Of a stretch of 64,000 nucleotides of DNA, positions 52,341 to 64,000 are shown in pieces. The stretch spans positions 138,136,001 to 138,200,000 of the forward strand of contig NC_042998.1 of NCBI RefSeq assembly GCF_006345805.1. Direction: 5' to 3'. Position 1 is the first letter of the stretch. Each line of letters begins with the position of its first letter. The stretch is from Octopus sinensis (Eukaryota). Made by a program: the position numbers and the translations under genes. Under the pieces are notes generated by a model, which had not been told where the DNA came from, made no database searches, and saw only the letters and a list, made by a program, of their open reading frames with translations.

Positions 52341-53274
52341 GAAAGAGTCATAGAAAATAAACCAACAAGAGTAGAAATACCGATGGATTGGTTATATGAC
52401 ACTTTTCTGGTCCGAACACCGTTAAAAGAATTCGAAACCACATGTACAAAGAAAAGGAAGAACACTGAATTCCTAAAAGTAGACCTTAAGAAGAAAAAAA
52501 AATATTGAGTATATAAAAACTAATGAATAAAAAGGAGGAGGTAGGGTGAATAAAAGAAATTGATTGTTAAATAAGATAATTAAAAGGGGAGATGTTATAT
52601 TGTGAAACTGTACTCCTCCCGGTAAAAAAAGTGGTAGGATAGGTTCATTATAAATAGACCAGTAGACGGTCGTCAATAGAGGGTCGAGAGTCGAAGAGTT
52701 GAGAGTCGACAGTTCTAGTCGGTGTCTTATGGAGCTATCAGCGATAGTAAGACAGAAGTTTGTGTTTTACTACTCTGGTACGAAGAGATACAGCGGTATC
52801 CGATGACTAGTAACCATTGTGACTACTAGCGTAAAACAGCAACTACAGTACAACGGCAGTCACACATCACACCAGTGGAAGGAACCCACTTTACAGCAAT
52901 AATGAAACACAAAACTGCAGGCTGTACATGACGGAAGCATTTCAGATCCAAAATATATAGATTTCTTATATGTTTTAAGCACTGCATAGAAGTATCCCTG
53001 ATATTTGTACGTTATACTCACAAACCTTCCACTATAGCAGCTAAAACTAAGAGAAGCGGTAAAATCTTTCTGCAGGGCTAACAACCAGCTGAGAGACACC
53101 GAGGAATACCAAGCGACATAGTTAACATTGTTCTTTCTTGCAATTCAGTTCGCCCAGAATTGTCTGATCAAGCGGGTAAAAAGTGGGTAAAAAACTCAGT
53201 TGTAACAGAGTGTCAGTTGATTCCTACTAAAACTGGAATGATGCTAATTTCAAGGATGAGGGAAGGGAGTTAGT

Positions 53275-53420
53275 CTATTCCACTGTAGTCTGACTTTTCG
53301 ACCCCGAAGGGTTGAAAGGCAAAGCCAATCTCGACGGAATTTGAACTCAGAACGTAAAGAGCAGTAAGAAATGCTGCTGAAGTATTTTGTTCGATGCGCT
53401 AGCGATTCTACCAGCTACTT
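53275..53420 (-). mobile_element. tRNA-derived SINE family A
   Basis: TCGACCCCGAAGGGTTGAAAGGCAAAG...GGAATTTGAACTCAGAACGTAAAG...GCGCTAGCGATTCTACCAGCT. Confidence 0.8.
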
Positions 53421-53995
53421 TGTAGAAAACCAAGGAGCTGATATAATCTAAAATGTGTTCTCTCCCTGCCTTGGTGATATATAAACAGCAGGAGGTCATG
53501 ACCTCTATCTTTCTGCATGTGTGTACACGCGATTTTGTGCGCGTGTGTGTGAGGGAGTAAGAGGATGTGTGTTTTTGTGAGACAGAAGGATTTGTGCGTG
53601 TGTATGAGTATGTGCTTATGTGTATGCAGATGAATATATGAGCATATATACCTTGTATTTGTGTGCGTGTGTATAAAACATTTGTGTGAAAGTGCGTGTG
53701 TGAAATACAGGATGGAACATGAATAATGGATTGACATATTCTATGTCCAGTTTTTGGTATCATGTCAAGTATTGCAACTAAGAGACAAGGCAGTGAAAAA
53801 TAAGGAAAACGAATAAATAAATAAATGAATAAATAAGAGATAATTCAAGACAAAAGAAAAAAAGAAGCAATGGTGACGGAGAAAAAGATATATAGAAAGA
53901 AAACAAGGAAAGAAATAGAGAAAGAAATGAAGATATGCGGGGAAAATTATAGAAAAGAAAGCGAAATCACGGCATTGCCTTAATCACATACTTCA

Positions 53996-54106
<111 letters not shown>

Positions 54107-54307
54107 CATACACACATATAGACACATACATGCAAACATGCACGCGCATATACCCAATATATGCTCATCCGCACACATATAGTACACATACACATACAGG
54201 CACACACTCATACACATAATACATAGCATAAAACTGTTTTTCATCTTATCCGCATTTGTGTGTGTGTGTGCATGCGTTGGTGTATGAATTTGAATGTGTG
54301 TTCGCGC

Positions 54308-54383
<76 letters not shown>

Positions 54384-54658
54384 TCTTACACAAACACATG
54401 CATATATTTGATTATATTTGTACATAAAGATGCATAATCCACATGCACAGATTTCAGCAAATACAGACATTCAAAGATAGATATATATGCATATGCACGC
54501 ATACATACTTGCACACATGATCACATTCTCGTTGACACATTCACTTATACACACATACATACGCCTCATCCTATGGAAACGCGTGCAAGCAAGTAGCAAG
54601 ATGCGCCCACTCGGACGCGAATAATCATGCGAGAACATTATACACACACACACACACA

Positions 54659-54689
<31 letters not shown>

Positions 54690-55682
54690 TCACGCATGCA
54701 TACTAACATATGTAAGTAGATGCATATATGCGCACAAATATTCATAAACCTACAGATACAAATGCATGCATGATAAATGCATGCATGATTTATGAGCTGC
54801 AAGAAAAAATATGAGGAGAAAAATAATAAAGATAAATCTGGAGAAGAAAAAATAATGTTAAACCTAAGCATCTTTAGTCACAGTTTAATGTTGCAAGTTG
54901 ACCTTTTGGTGTTTTGCTGTACAAAACATCTTTGGAAGAGGTATGAATGGTGAAAATTGAATCAGTTCCTCTTTTTCTTTTATATTTCTCTTGCTTTTAT
55001 TCTTTCTCTATATTTTCTTTTTCTCTATTTTGTCTTTTTCTCTCCAGAAATGTAGCGTAAAAAAGCTACAAAATATTATCTGAAAACACGTAATGTAATG
55101 GTGTTTTTGACTTCATACAAAGTTAACGCTTTTATAAAGGAGCGGAGATGTAGATTTGAGGAAATAGCTCTCAGTATAAATCGTTGGTTATGGGACGTCT
55201 TGGCGTAGCTGTTTTGCCGCTGCTTTTTGATTGTGATTTATTTGATAACAGGTCTTTTTAATATTTTAGTCGCTTTAATGTTTCTCTCGTTCTCCTCTTT
55301 CTTCCCTTCCTCTCTCTTCCCTCCCTCCTTCCAATCATTCTTTCTGTTTATGTGTGTGAACATATTTCTCTTTATGATTAAGAGGGGTGGTAGTGTTTAT
55401 GTCAATCGTGTTCAATTAATAACTTATAATGTCTCTCTCTCTATTTTTCTCTCCCTCCCACTCTCTCTATGTGTATGTGTATGTCTCTGCGCACATGCGT
55501 GTACGTACATGTAGCTCCAGCTCCAAAAAGTACTCTCGACCAAACAGGTCGACTGTCCAGTCAGCTGTGCCAGATCGCTGGTGTCAAAACAGTTGCACCC
55601 AATTGTGTCATTCTAATATTTTTGGTCTTTTAAAACAAGTATTATATATGATGACGGAAACTGCCCCTTCCATAATCTAGTA

Positions 55683-55985
55683 CAGTGCTTCTCAATCCTT
55701 TTTGGCCCATGGACTCCTTTGATTACTATTCTATTCTAGTGCCCCCTCCCACCAAAGCCATTCGATGCGTAAAAACTAGTTTAAAAGACGCTTCTTTCAA
55801 AATTCCTATTTTTTTTCTCTCACAATAACTTGCAAAAGTTGAACTATGTAAATAAAACGTTAGAGAAAGAAAACCTAGCTGTTTTTTGCAATAAATGCTT
55901 TTAAATCAAACATTTGCTCGCGTGGACCCCTAAAAATTTTACACGGACCTCCAAGGATCGTATGGACCCCATTTGAGAACAATTG
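55683..55985. mobile_element. hAT (Charlie-like) MITE with 8-bp TSD
   Basis: CAGTGCTTCTCAA left TIR, TTGAGAACAATTG right TIR, internal GGACCCC repeats; flanks ATCTAGTA and ATCTTGTA (7/8). Confidence 0.7.
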
Positions 55986-56326
55986 ATCTTGTAGATTGTT
56001 GAAGTAACCCGGGAGGTTTCCTTTTCGTACAATGTATTACGAACAACCAATCCAATGTAGACTACCGTTTATCCGAGATACAAACACGGGAAATATACAC
56101 TAACTTATCTCACAAACGTAAATATTCTAAGGTTTTACTGTGTATTAAATGGCTACAATGATAAGCTATATCACGCATCTTCCTGGTCTGAACCGTTGGC
56201 TAGTAATTGATGTGGCCACAAGCAGAAAGCTGCTGACACCATACGAAACAGCTTAACTTCGATTTGTAGGTGGATATCCAAGCCATTCAGAAAGTTGTAC
56301 CTTAAACAATATTATAAATACTACTA

Positions 56327-56368
<42 letters not shown>

Positions 56369-56372
56369 ATAT

Positions 56373-59119
56373 TAGGGTTATGGCTTTTTCACAACCTAAT
56401 AACTCTATACTATAATTCGATGAATAATTTCATAGAAGTCAGGAAGCTAACGTTTATTTTGCTTTATTTGAAAAAAATATCATCCCAACTTAAGAAATCG
56501 ATCACCACTTCTGACCCAAGTCATGCAAAATTATAGTGGGGTTCATAACGCCTGCTCAAGTTTTTACCAAACTTGGTGTGCTGACTCAATGCAATGCAGG
56601 AATAGTATATCTGAAATTTCATATTTCTTGTTGAAGTAGTTTCGGAGTTATGGGCTTTTAAAACTATAATCACTAGGTGGCACTAGATTCACACTTCAGG
56701 ATTTCCGCTACCTAAATCTTAGTAAACGCAAGACAGAGTGGAATAAAAGTGTATTTATACATTTTAAAGATTACTGAATTGAAATTGCTTTATGCGAAGG
56801 TTCAAAACTAGGCTATTTTAAGACAGAGGCCACTACAAGCATTCGATACCATACAACATTAAAAACAATGCAAATTTTTAACTTTATTGGTTTAATTTCA
56901 ATTTTAAATAACTGTTTAAGAAAAAAGGGTGTTGATTGTTAGCAAATTTTTAACATAACAAAGAATTAATATGTTTCGTTAGATAAAATAAATCGAAGCT
57001 GAAGTTTCTCCTTTTTACAAACGTCATAAAGATCTTGAAGGCATTTGATTGCCCTTTCTGTACTCTGATATGTTCTGGGAATTTCCAGTTTTTATGGTTC
57101 TCCACTTCAAAAGTTTGTTTTTACAGAGTTCAATGCTTTTTTATGAACTTGCAGGCTACCACATAACTTCATGTACAGTGAACATTTGGTCAGTATACCA
57201 AAAATCTGCCCAGCTGTAAGAGATGAATCGACAAACATTGAGAAGCAAAACTCTTTTCTCTGGTAGAAGAATAAATGCCAAAAAGAGCTAGTATTGCCCG
57301 AGAATTCCATCTTGCATTACTTAAGTTGGGTATTTTTTGAAACTTTACAGTAGGAAATTTTCCGGTTTTTTTTCAAAAAAACCAAAGACCCTGGTCAAAT
57401 GAAATAGAAATTTCATGTCATCTCGCCATCCTGCTGATTCGGTAACCTTTTCTTCACCATTGTTGAAACTAACCTGGAGTTTCTCGTAATTACTTAGAAG
57501 CTCTGGGATGAATGTATATTCAATATTGGGAGATGACTTTTTTCTCCAAGTTCTTTATCCATTACAATATGAAGAACTCTGTCAAGGATATGTTGCAGAC
57601 AATCAGTAAATTGCGGTTCTTTCAAACCCTTTTGAGTAAACAATGCCAATTCGTTTCCCAGTGTTCACACTCGTTGTATCAGCGACAATCATCTTTACAC
57701 AGTTCCATAAATTGTATTCATCTAAAACAGCTGTTATTCCTTTCACAACAGTATCGGCTTTTCCGTTTAGTAATTGGAGTGCTTCTAACTTAACTTCTCA
57801 CTGTTCATTCTTTAAAACTAGTACTTGGTATTCTTGGTCATCAATACTTTTACCATCAAAATGCAATGACCAGTTTTCTAAATGTAATGTTTTCTTCATT
57901 TCCTTTTTTAGTTTAACAGCTTCTTTGATAGTCGATACCAGGTTGTAAAGGAGTCTCGACATTGATTCTATCTTGAGATAATTGTCGAGAAACTGTTGCT
58001 ACTTTTGGGGTTGTTAGCTTTGAAGATATTACTAACTTGGTTGCAGTTCCAGTTTTGCTATACTTCCTCCTTGTTTGTGTGGATTCTTCATCTGATTTTT
58101 CGGACTCTTGATATTCACTTTCAGTCTCTGCTTCAGACGTTGACGATGACATAGGAGTTGCTCTGGTTGAAGTTGGTATTAAGGACACTTTTCTTCTTTT
58201 GGATGGATGGATAGTTTTGGAACTATTTCGATACCCAACCTGTCCTTTGCTTTCAATTTGAAGATAATATAACCTTCTATCCTCACTGAACAGTCATTCA
58301 CCTTCTTCCTTTGTGATGTCAAAAATTCCTTTCAAGGAATCGCATTTTCCTCGTTTTACATATTTATCTTAGGTATTCAGCACTTTTTCTGCTTTTGCTT
58401 GTATTTTTTGAATTGATAAATATGGTAAATTTAATTTCTTTTGCCATAGAAAAGTTACTTCTTTCGAAATTTCATTTGTTCTTTCTTTCCGTCCTTTGGT
58501 GGTACATCCAAGGAACAGGTAGCGAGCGACAATTTGAAGTTTCATTGGTATCCTGCTGTTGTTTTCCAAAGAATGCTCTTCTAGAGGAACAGGTCTTCTT
58601 TTCCTGTGTGAGTCTTGAAATTTCACGAGATTCTTCATCCAGATGTTTTTGTTTCTTTGAGTGACACAAGCACTTCTCTTATGAGACATTATTTTAGATA
58701 CTCTAGTTGAATAATCCTACTATTCTGAAAAACAGTTAATATAGTCAGAGATTTTAACGTCGCAGAAATAAAAAGGAGAGGAAGAAGACATTTCCTAAAG
58801 TAGGGCCTAAGTAGTAACAAATTAAAAACTCTATAACTTCTAAACTACTTAAACTTGAAAGCTGAAATTTGAAAAATACTGCATCTGCATTGCATTAAGT
58901 CAGCACTCCAAGTCTGATATAACCCTGAGTAGGCATTGTGAACCCCACCCTCTAGAATTTTGCAAGATTTGGGTAAAAAAATGGTGATAGCTTTCTTCAG
59001 TTGGTGTGACATTAAAAAAAAAACTTAAAATATAGGTTATTTTCCCTACTTATATAAAATTGTTCATCGACTTTAGGAAACTGTTTACTTTCAAAATTTT
59101 CAAATAAGTCATAACCCTA
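56373..59119 (-). mobile_element. Full-length decayed hAT-superfamily DNA transposon (hATx/hATm-like)
   Basis: TIRs TAGGGTTATGGCT (56373) and AGTCATAACCCTA (59119); flanks ATATATAT and ATATGTAT (7/8 TSD); transposase remnant inside. Confidence 0.85.
57000..58689 (-). pseudogene. hAT-type transposase, disrupted
   Basis: Minus frames WSLHFDGK (first catalytic D), MIVADTTSVNTGKR (second D), CLQHILDRVL (C(2)H motif), WRDDMKFLFHL, with stops and frameshifts. The 3' limit is approximate. Confidence 0.8.
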
Positions 59120-59150
<31 letters not shown>

Positions 59151-60061
59151 TGTATGTATGTATGTATGTATGTATGCACACACACACACATATGTATTCA
59201 AATAGTTAATGATTGATAATTTCTATTATTTACAGTCAGTCTATATACTAAAGGATTATTATTAGACTTGTGAGTCGGCGGTCTGTTGGAATTAGAGAAC
59301 GAAAAAAGATGATCCTTTAGTAAAGAAAAAATTGGCTTTCGATAATAGAGAAGTACCAAAAGATTTGGTATTTTATTTGTATTTTAAAACCCGATTTAAT
59401 ACAGAGTTAAAAGCTGTGAGACCTAGAACAATGTTTTTAATATGACATGTACAAAAGAGTGGACAGACCAAAATATAGATAGTGAGAGAATTTGGGAAAA
59501 TATGTTTTGAATTTTCAGATGTGATAGCGTGTAATAATTTGCAAGCTTCCATTAGGGGTTTCATATTTAACTCACAAAATTCTGGTTAATAGGGTATATT
59601 TATTTAGATTAGAGCAAAACTATAGTATAGTTTTACAACACAAATATTTAAACTCGCGGCAATGCGTCTTGTTGAAAGGGAACTGATAAACATAAAATAA
59701 TTGATAATAATAGAAACTCAAATAAAACACATATTGATTTTTGGAATGGGACGTAGAACTGAAGAAAGCAGATATAAAACGAATTAGAACTAAACAATAA
59801 ACGAGGCAGGCTTTTAGATTTGAGACAAAAGTAATAGAATTAAAGAAAGACAAACTATCTAATAAAGAAATTGGCAAAGTAAATAAGAGGTAAGTTTGAA
59901 GGTTTAGATTGCATTTGTAAAAACTTGCAAGAATAAGAATTATATGGAAGGAACAATGTCTTTTAAAAGGAGCAAAAGCCATCAGTGTACCAGGAAATAT
60001 TTCAGAAATATTTGTTCCGCATTGAATGGCGATATTTAGTCTGTTAATAGAGATGTGTTTG

Positions 60062-60270
60062 AAGGTTGCTAGCTAGCAGAATCGTTAGCACATCGGGAAA
60101 GAGGCGCTTAGTGGCATTTCGTCCGTCTTTACGTTGTGAGTTCAAATTCCGCTGTGGTCGACTTTACCTTTCAGAGTGAATAAAACCAGTACCAGTTGAA
60201 CACTGGAGGCGATGTAAGCGATTTATGCCCTTCCACGAAATTGCTGGCCTTGTGCCAAAATTTGAAGACA
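60062..60270 (+). mobile_element. tRNA-derived SINE family A
   Basis: GCTAGCAGAATCGTTAGCAC head, GAGTTCAAATTCC B-box, GGCCTTGTGCCAAAATTTGAA tail. Confidence 0.85.
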
Positions 60271-61450
60271 GTATGTGTGTGTTTGAGTGTGTATGTTTAT
60301 GGCTGGTATATGCGTGTACATACAGATATAAATATGTATGTCTGTAAATAGACTAGACAGTATTATTTGATCCTTTCACATGCACGATTTTCACTAAGAA
60401 AAAAAGAACTCGGACTCTCTCACTCTCTCTCTGTCCCTACACAAAACTGAAACACATTTCGGCGCCAAAAATTGCAATAGGAAAATGCTCTAGTTTTTCA
60501 GATCTATTCTGCCATCTGGGATTATAATATATATTATATCCAGTGATTTTAAGAGGTGGGAAAAAGATATTTTGTTTTAATATTATACTTTTTCACACAT
60601 ACATGCAAAAACTCCAACGTGTTTTTCTTTAGATGAATTTATCGTTCGTTGTCTCTCCACACACTTCGTTACCACTAACTTCTATAACCTCTGCGTTTTC
60701 ACTTATTCTTTTCAAACTTCATTGAATTTTCAATCTAATGTGATCCACATTCTCTCGAAAACGTAATTCTGCAAAATGTTATCTAAAATTATGGGTAAAG
60801 AATGAAGTAGCAAAAAAGATTTGAATATGGGGGTGAGGGTGAAATTTCCGTGAGTTCCACTCTACCTCACCCCGTTTTCTGGACCCCCGACAAAAAAAGA
60901 GTGTTTTGTAGCATATTAGGAGGTCACCGGAATTCATTCAACGAAAAAAAAAATTCCAATGATTCTGGGATATTGGTGGGGTCCGGTTTCCCACCCTTTC
61001 TTTTTTTCTTAACAAAAATAAGGGGTTTGAATCATATTAGGAGGTCGGTGTGCTTGCACGCAAAACATCCGAGTTTTCATTTTTTTCTTAATGAAAATCG
61101 TGCGGGTGAAAGGATCAAAATATACCGATTAGACTACATCCGTACGATGCTGAACAAACATTAGTGCAAAGAATAAATCGTGATACATTCATGTAGTTTG
61201 CTTCTTCAAAGGGGGATCATCACTACGTTTTTTTAGTTGGAAACTCTACAAGCCAGCTTAATTTTTCTGAATACTATCTAACTTACAAATTTACTTGACC
61301 AATGCTATATTTAAGGAAATCTATTGTATTTGCCTTTGATTTAAAACCACTGCGAAGTTAATTGTTGTATTACCGCTGTTTCATCTGCGTATTAAAAAAA
61401 ACGGTGTCTGGTCTTTCATACATACATACATACATACATACATACATACA

Positions 61451-61481
<31 letters not shown>

Positions 61482-61934
61482 GTACGTACGTGCGTGTGTG
61501 TGTATGTGTGTGTGTGTGTGTGCGTGTGCGCATGTGCATAATTTTTAGAAATGGTTTTACTTTTTTTCTCCCTTCTCAATATTCAGTTTTTTTGTCTTTT
61601 TCAAATTTTAGTTTAAACCTTTTCTCTTTGATAAAAAGAAGTTTTACACCCCTACGTTATTTTATTATACTCTTGCGCGCACACACACACGCGCGCGCAC
61701 AGATACACACGTGCCCGCGCACACACATCAATCACAACTATTTCCATCCCATTTGCTTTTCCTATATCTTTCCCCTCTCAGATTCAGAGTCACTCTCTTC
61801 CCGCATACAGTTTGATATCATCTACCTAACATTTACGCACACAAACCCTACTATACTTCCACAACTGCACACTTACTCTTATACTTGCATCTACACATTC
61901 ACTCCTTCTTCCATTCTTAATTTTCCCACCATAT

Positions 61935-62320
61935 AACAACATTATCAAAGAAGCTTGAGAGGCGGTTGAATGGAACTTACACTCACCTCCTTATGAGTGC
62001 TCAAAATCTTACGTGGAAGTGTCATCCAACCAATGTACAAATATATGGGAAATTACCACCTGTATCATCTCTTGTGAAAGGTAGAAGAGTCCAGTTTGCT
62101 GGACATTGTTGTAGAGCTGAAAACGAGGTAATTTCTACTCTTCTCTTCTGGAAGCCATCTGCTCGCGATACCAGAGGGCGTACACTCTCCTACCCTGATG
62201 TAATCTCCAAGGATACAGGCATCCAGCAACAGGACCTTCGTAGTGCTACGATGGACTGTGAAGTCTAGCGTAACATAGTAAGTTCCATTGTCTCGACCAC
62301 GGTCGAACAATGATGATAAT
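61935..62320 (+). mobile_element. RTE-like LINE 3' end
   Basis: TLSKKLERRLNGTYTHLL...[25 protein letters not shown], ending in the hairpin TCGACC-AC-GGTCGA and a (GAT)n tail. Confidence 0.7.
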
Positions 62321-62460
62321 GAACAACATCCCCACCTAGTTTCTAACCATTCACACGTTTCTCGCGTCTCTCTTCCTTCGCCATTTCTCTTCCTCATTTC
62401 TATGCTTCTTTCATTCTTCTGACGAAGAATTAACAACCGAAACGTCACGTAACAACACTT

Positions 62461-62583
<123 letters not shown>

Positions 62584-62613
62584 CATACATACATACATAC
62601 ATACATACATACA

Positions 62614-62645
<32 letters not shown>

Positions 62646-62903
62646 AGTGGGATGACCAATAAGTGAACATCCATTATGCTAGCGGTAGACCCCATATGGT
62701 CTGACCACTAAGAAAAAATTGTTCTCAAGAAAATTCAGCAAACGCCAGAACGTAAGCGAGCAAGACAAATGAGAAGATACAAAATATAAATACAAAATAT
62801 ATGTATGTAATATAATTTTTCTGAATCTTCAGATTTTTCAATATGCTAGGCCACTGGTTTTAAATTAATATTAATCAAATTAATATTCAATTTTTCACCC
62901 TTA

Positions 62904-62965
<62 letters not shown>

Positions 62966-63285
62966 TACTTAGTACAGAATGGATGTGAGCTTCGATCCCT
63001 CAATGGGAACATGTATATAATTATCTAATGAATACATACTTATCTCTTTACATATAATAAATATTATTACTCGAAGCATTATCTGCTCACCAAAAACTGA
63101 TTCCTTTTGTTTGACTGTGCCAAATTCCCGCAATAACATCTGTTAATTCTGTAGTCTTGCACTTAACTGTATTAAGACCTCGAATAGTAAATACAGAATC
63201 TTTCAATGCCAGGATGTGAAAAAATGTGCAATTATATCCATCGCATGGGCGCGCGCGGCCTCACTCCTACATTTATGAACATACA

Positions 63286-63351
<66 letters not shown>

Positions 63352-64000
63352 ATGCATATACCCACCTCAGAAACTTATAGCAAGAAATCTAGGTAAACAG
63401 AGAGAGTGTGTGTGTGCGTGTGTGTGTGTGCGTGTGTGTGTGTGAGAGAGAAGAGACAGTGAAATAGATAGACTGAGAGAAAGGAAGATAGAGAGAGCTC
63501 GTATTTTTTAATACAACCATGCCAACACACGCACATACACACAATCACACATACGTACACGTGTTCAAGTACATACACATGTAAGCATATGAGAGACAGG
63601 AGTAGAGAGAGAAGGCGAGAGAGAGAGAGAGAAGCTGACAGACAGGGACAGAGAATATGCATGTGTGTGAGTGAAAGAGAGAAGTGAAAGAGAGAATGAG
63701 TGTGAGAGAGAGATGATGTGTATGAGTAGAGGGGGAGAGGTCGAGAGAGATACAGAAGAGACCGAGAGACTTCATATTTTTTCAATATTTCCACAGCCAT
63801 TTTCTTTTACACACGAACACATATGCCCAGACAAATACACACACACACACATACACGCACATACACATACAAATAGACGTACACGCACCCACCCACACCG
63901 CCGCACAAATGTATATAATAACTAATTTAGCGAACGCTACCAGTGGAACGGAACTGTCGTTTGTGTAGTTAGTGATTTAACATCGACCTCCAACTTCCTC

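Larger units (their letters stand above)
50866..52898 (+). mobile_element. Ty3/Gypsy LTR retrotransposon, internally deleted
   Basis: Related LTRs 50866-51130 and 52593-52898 (TG...CA, shared TATAAATAGACCAG and GTAAAACAGCAACTACAG). PBS TGGCGACGAGGA at 51132; PPT AAAAGGGGAGA at 52582; integrase remnant between. Confidence 0.9.

Noticed and set aside
50850-52910. Target-site duplication for the Gypsy element
   Set aside because: The left LTR boundary is ambiguous and no exact 4-6-bp duplicate directly abuts both ends.
59400-59640. Possible L1-type 3' fragment (NNLQAS, YLTHKILVNRVYLFRL)
   Set aside because: Only a short, weak motif resemblance across frameshifts; not enough to annotate.

Overview
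Eukaryotic, AT-rich, extremely microsatellite- and transposon-dense DNA with no recognisable host protein-coding exon. The SINE families, the density of (TA)n/(TATG)n/(TCTA)n/(TAA)n arrays and the LINE types look like an Octopus (cephalopod) intergenic or intronic region. That species call is pattern recognition, not a database result. Nearly all ORFs in the supplied track are microsatellite read-throughs or fragments of decayed elements. Supported content: at least six copies or fragments of an R4/Dong-clade (restriction-like-endonuclease) non-LTR retrotransposon, mostly embedded in (TAA)n arrays, plus a second R4-like family; RTE-like and L1/Tx1-like 3' fragments; an internally deleted Ty3/Gypsy element with both LTRs, PBS and PPT; a full-length decayed hAT element with TIRs and an 8-bp TSD; a mariner remnant; pogo- and hAT-type MITEs; Helitron-like ends; and many tRNA-derived SINEs. 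Most interesting observations: (1) a fully pairable type I hammerhead ribozyme fold with a compensatory G3-C8 core swap inside a small repeat (35398-35448, minus); (2) an R4/Dong subfamily whose 3' UTR was replaced by a hairpin plus a tRNA-like A-box/B-box module, arranged head-to-tail through a TAA array; (3) a ~557-nt non-coding, tRNA-less retroposon-like element that ends in (TAA)n in all three copies; (4) a perfect 117-bp-arm palindrome amid otherwise decayed repeats. All alignments and folds were done by eye and need computational confirmation.
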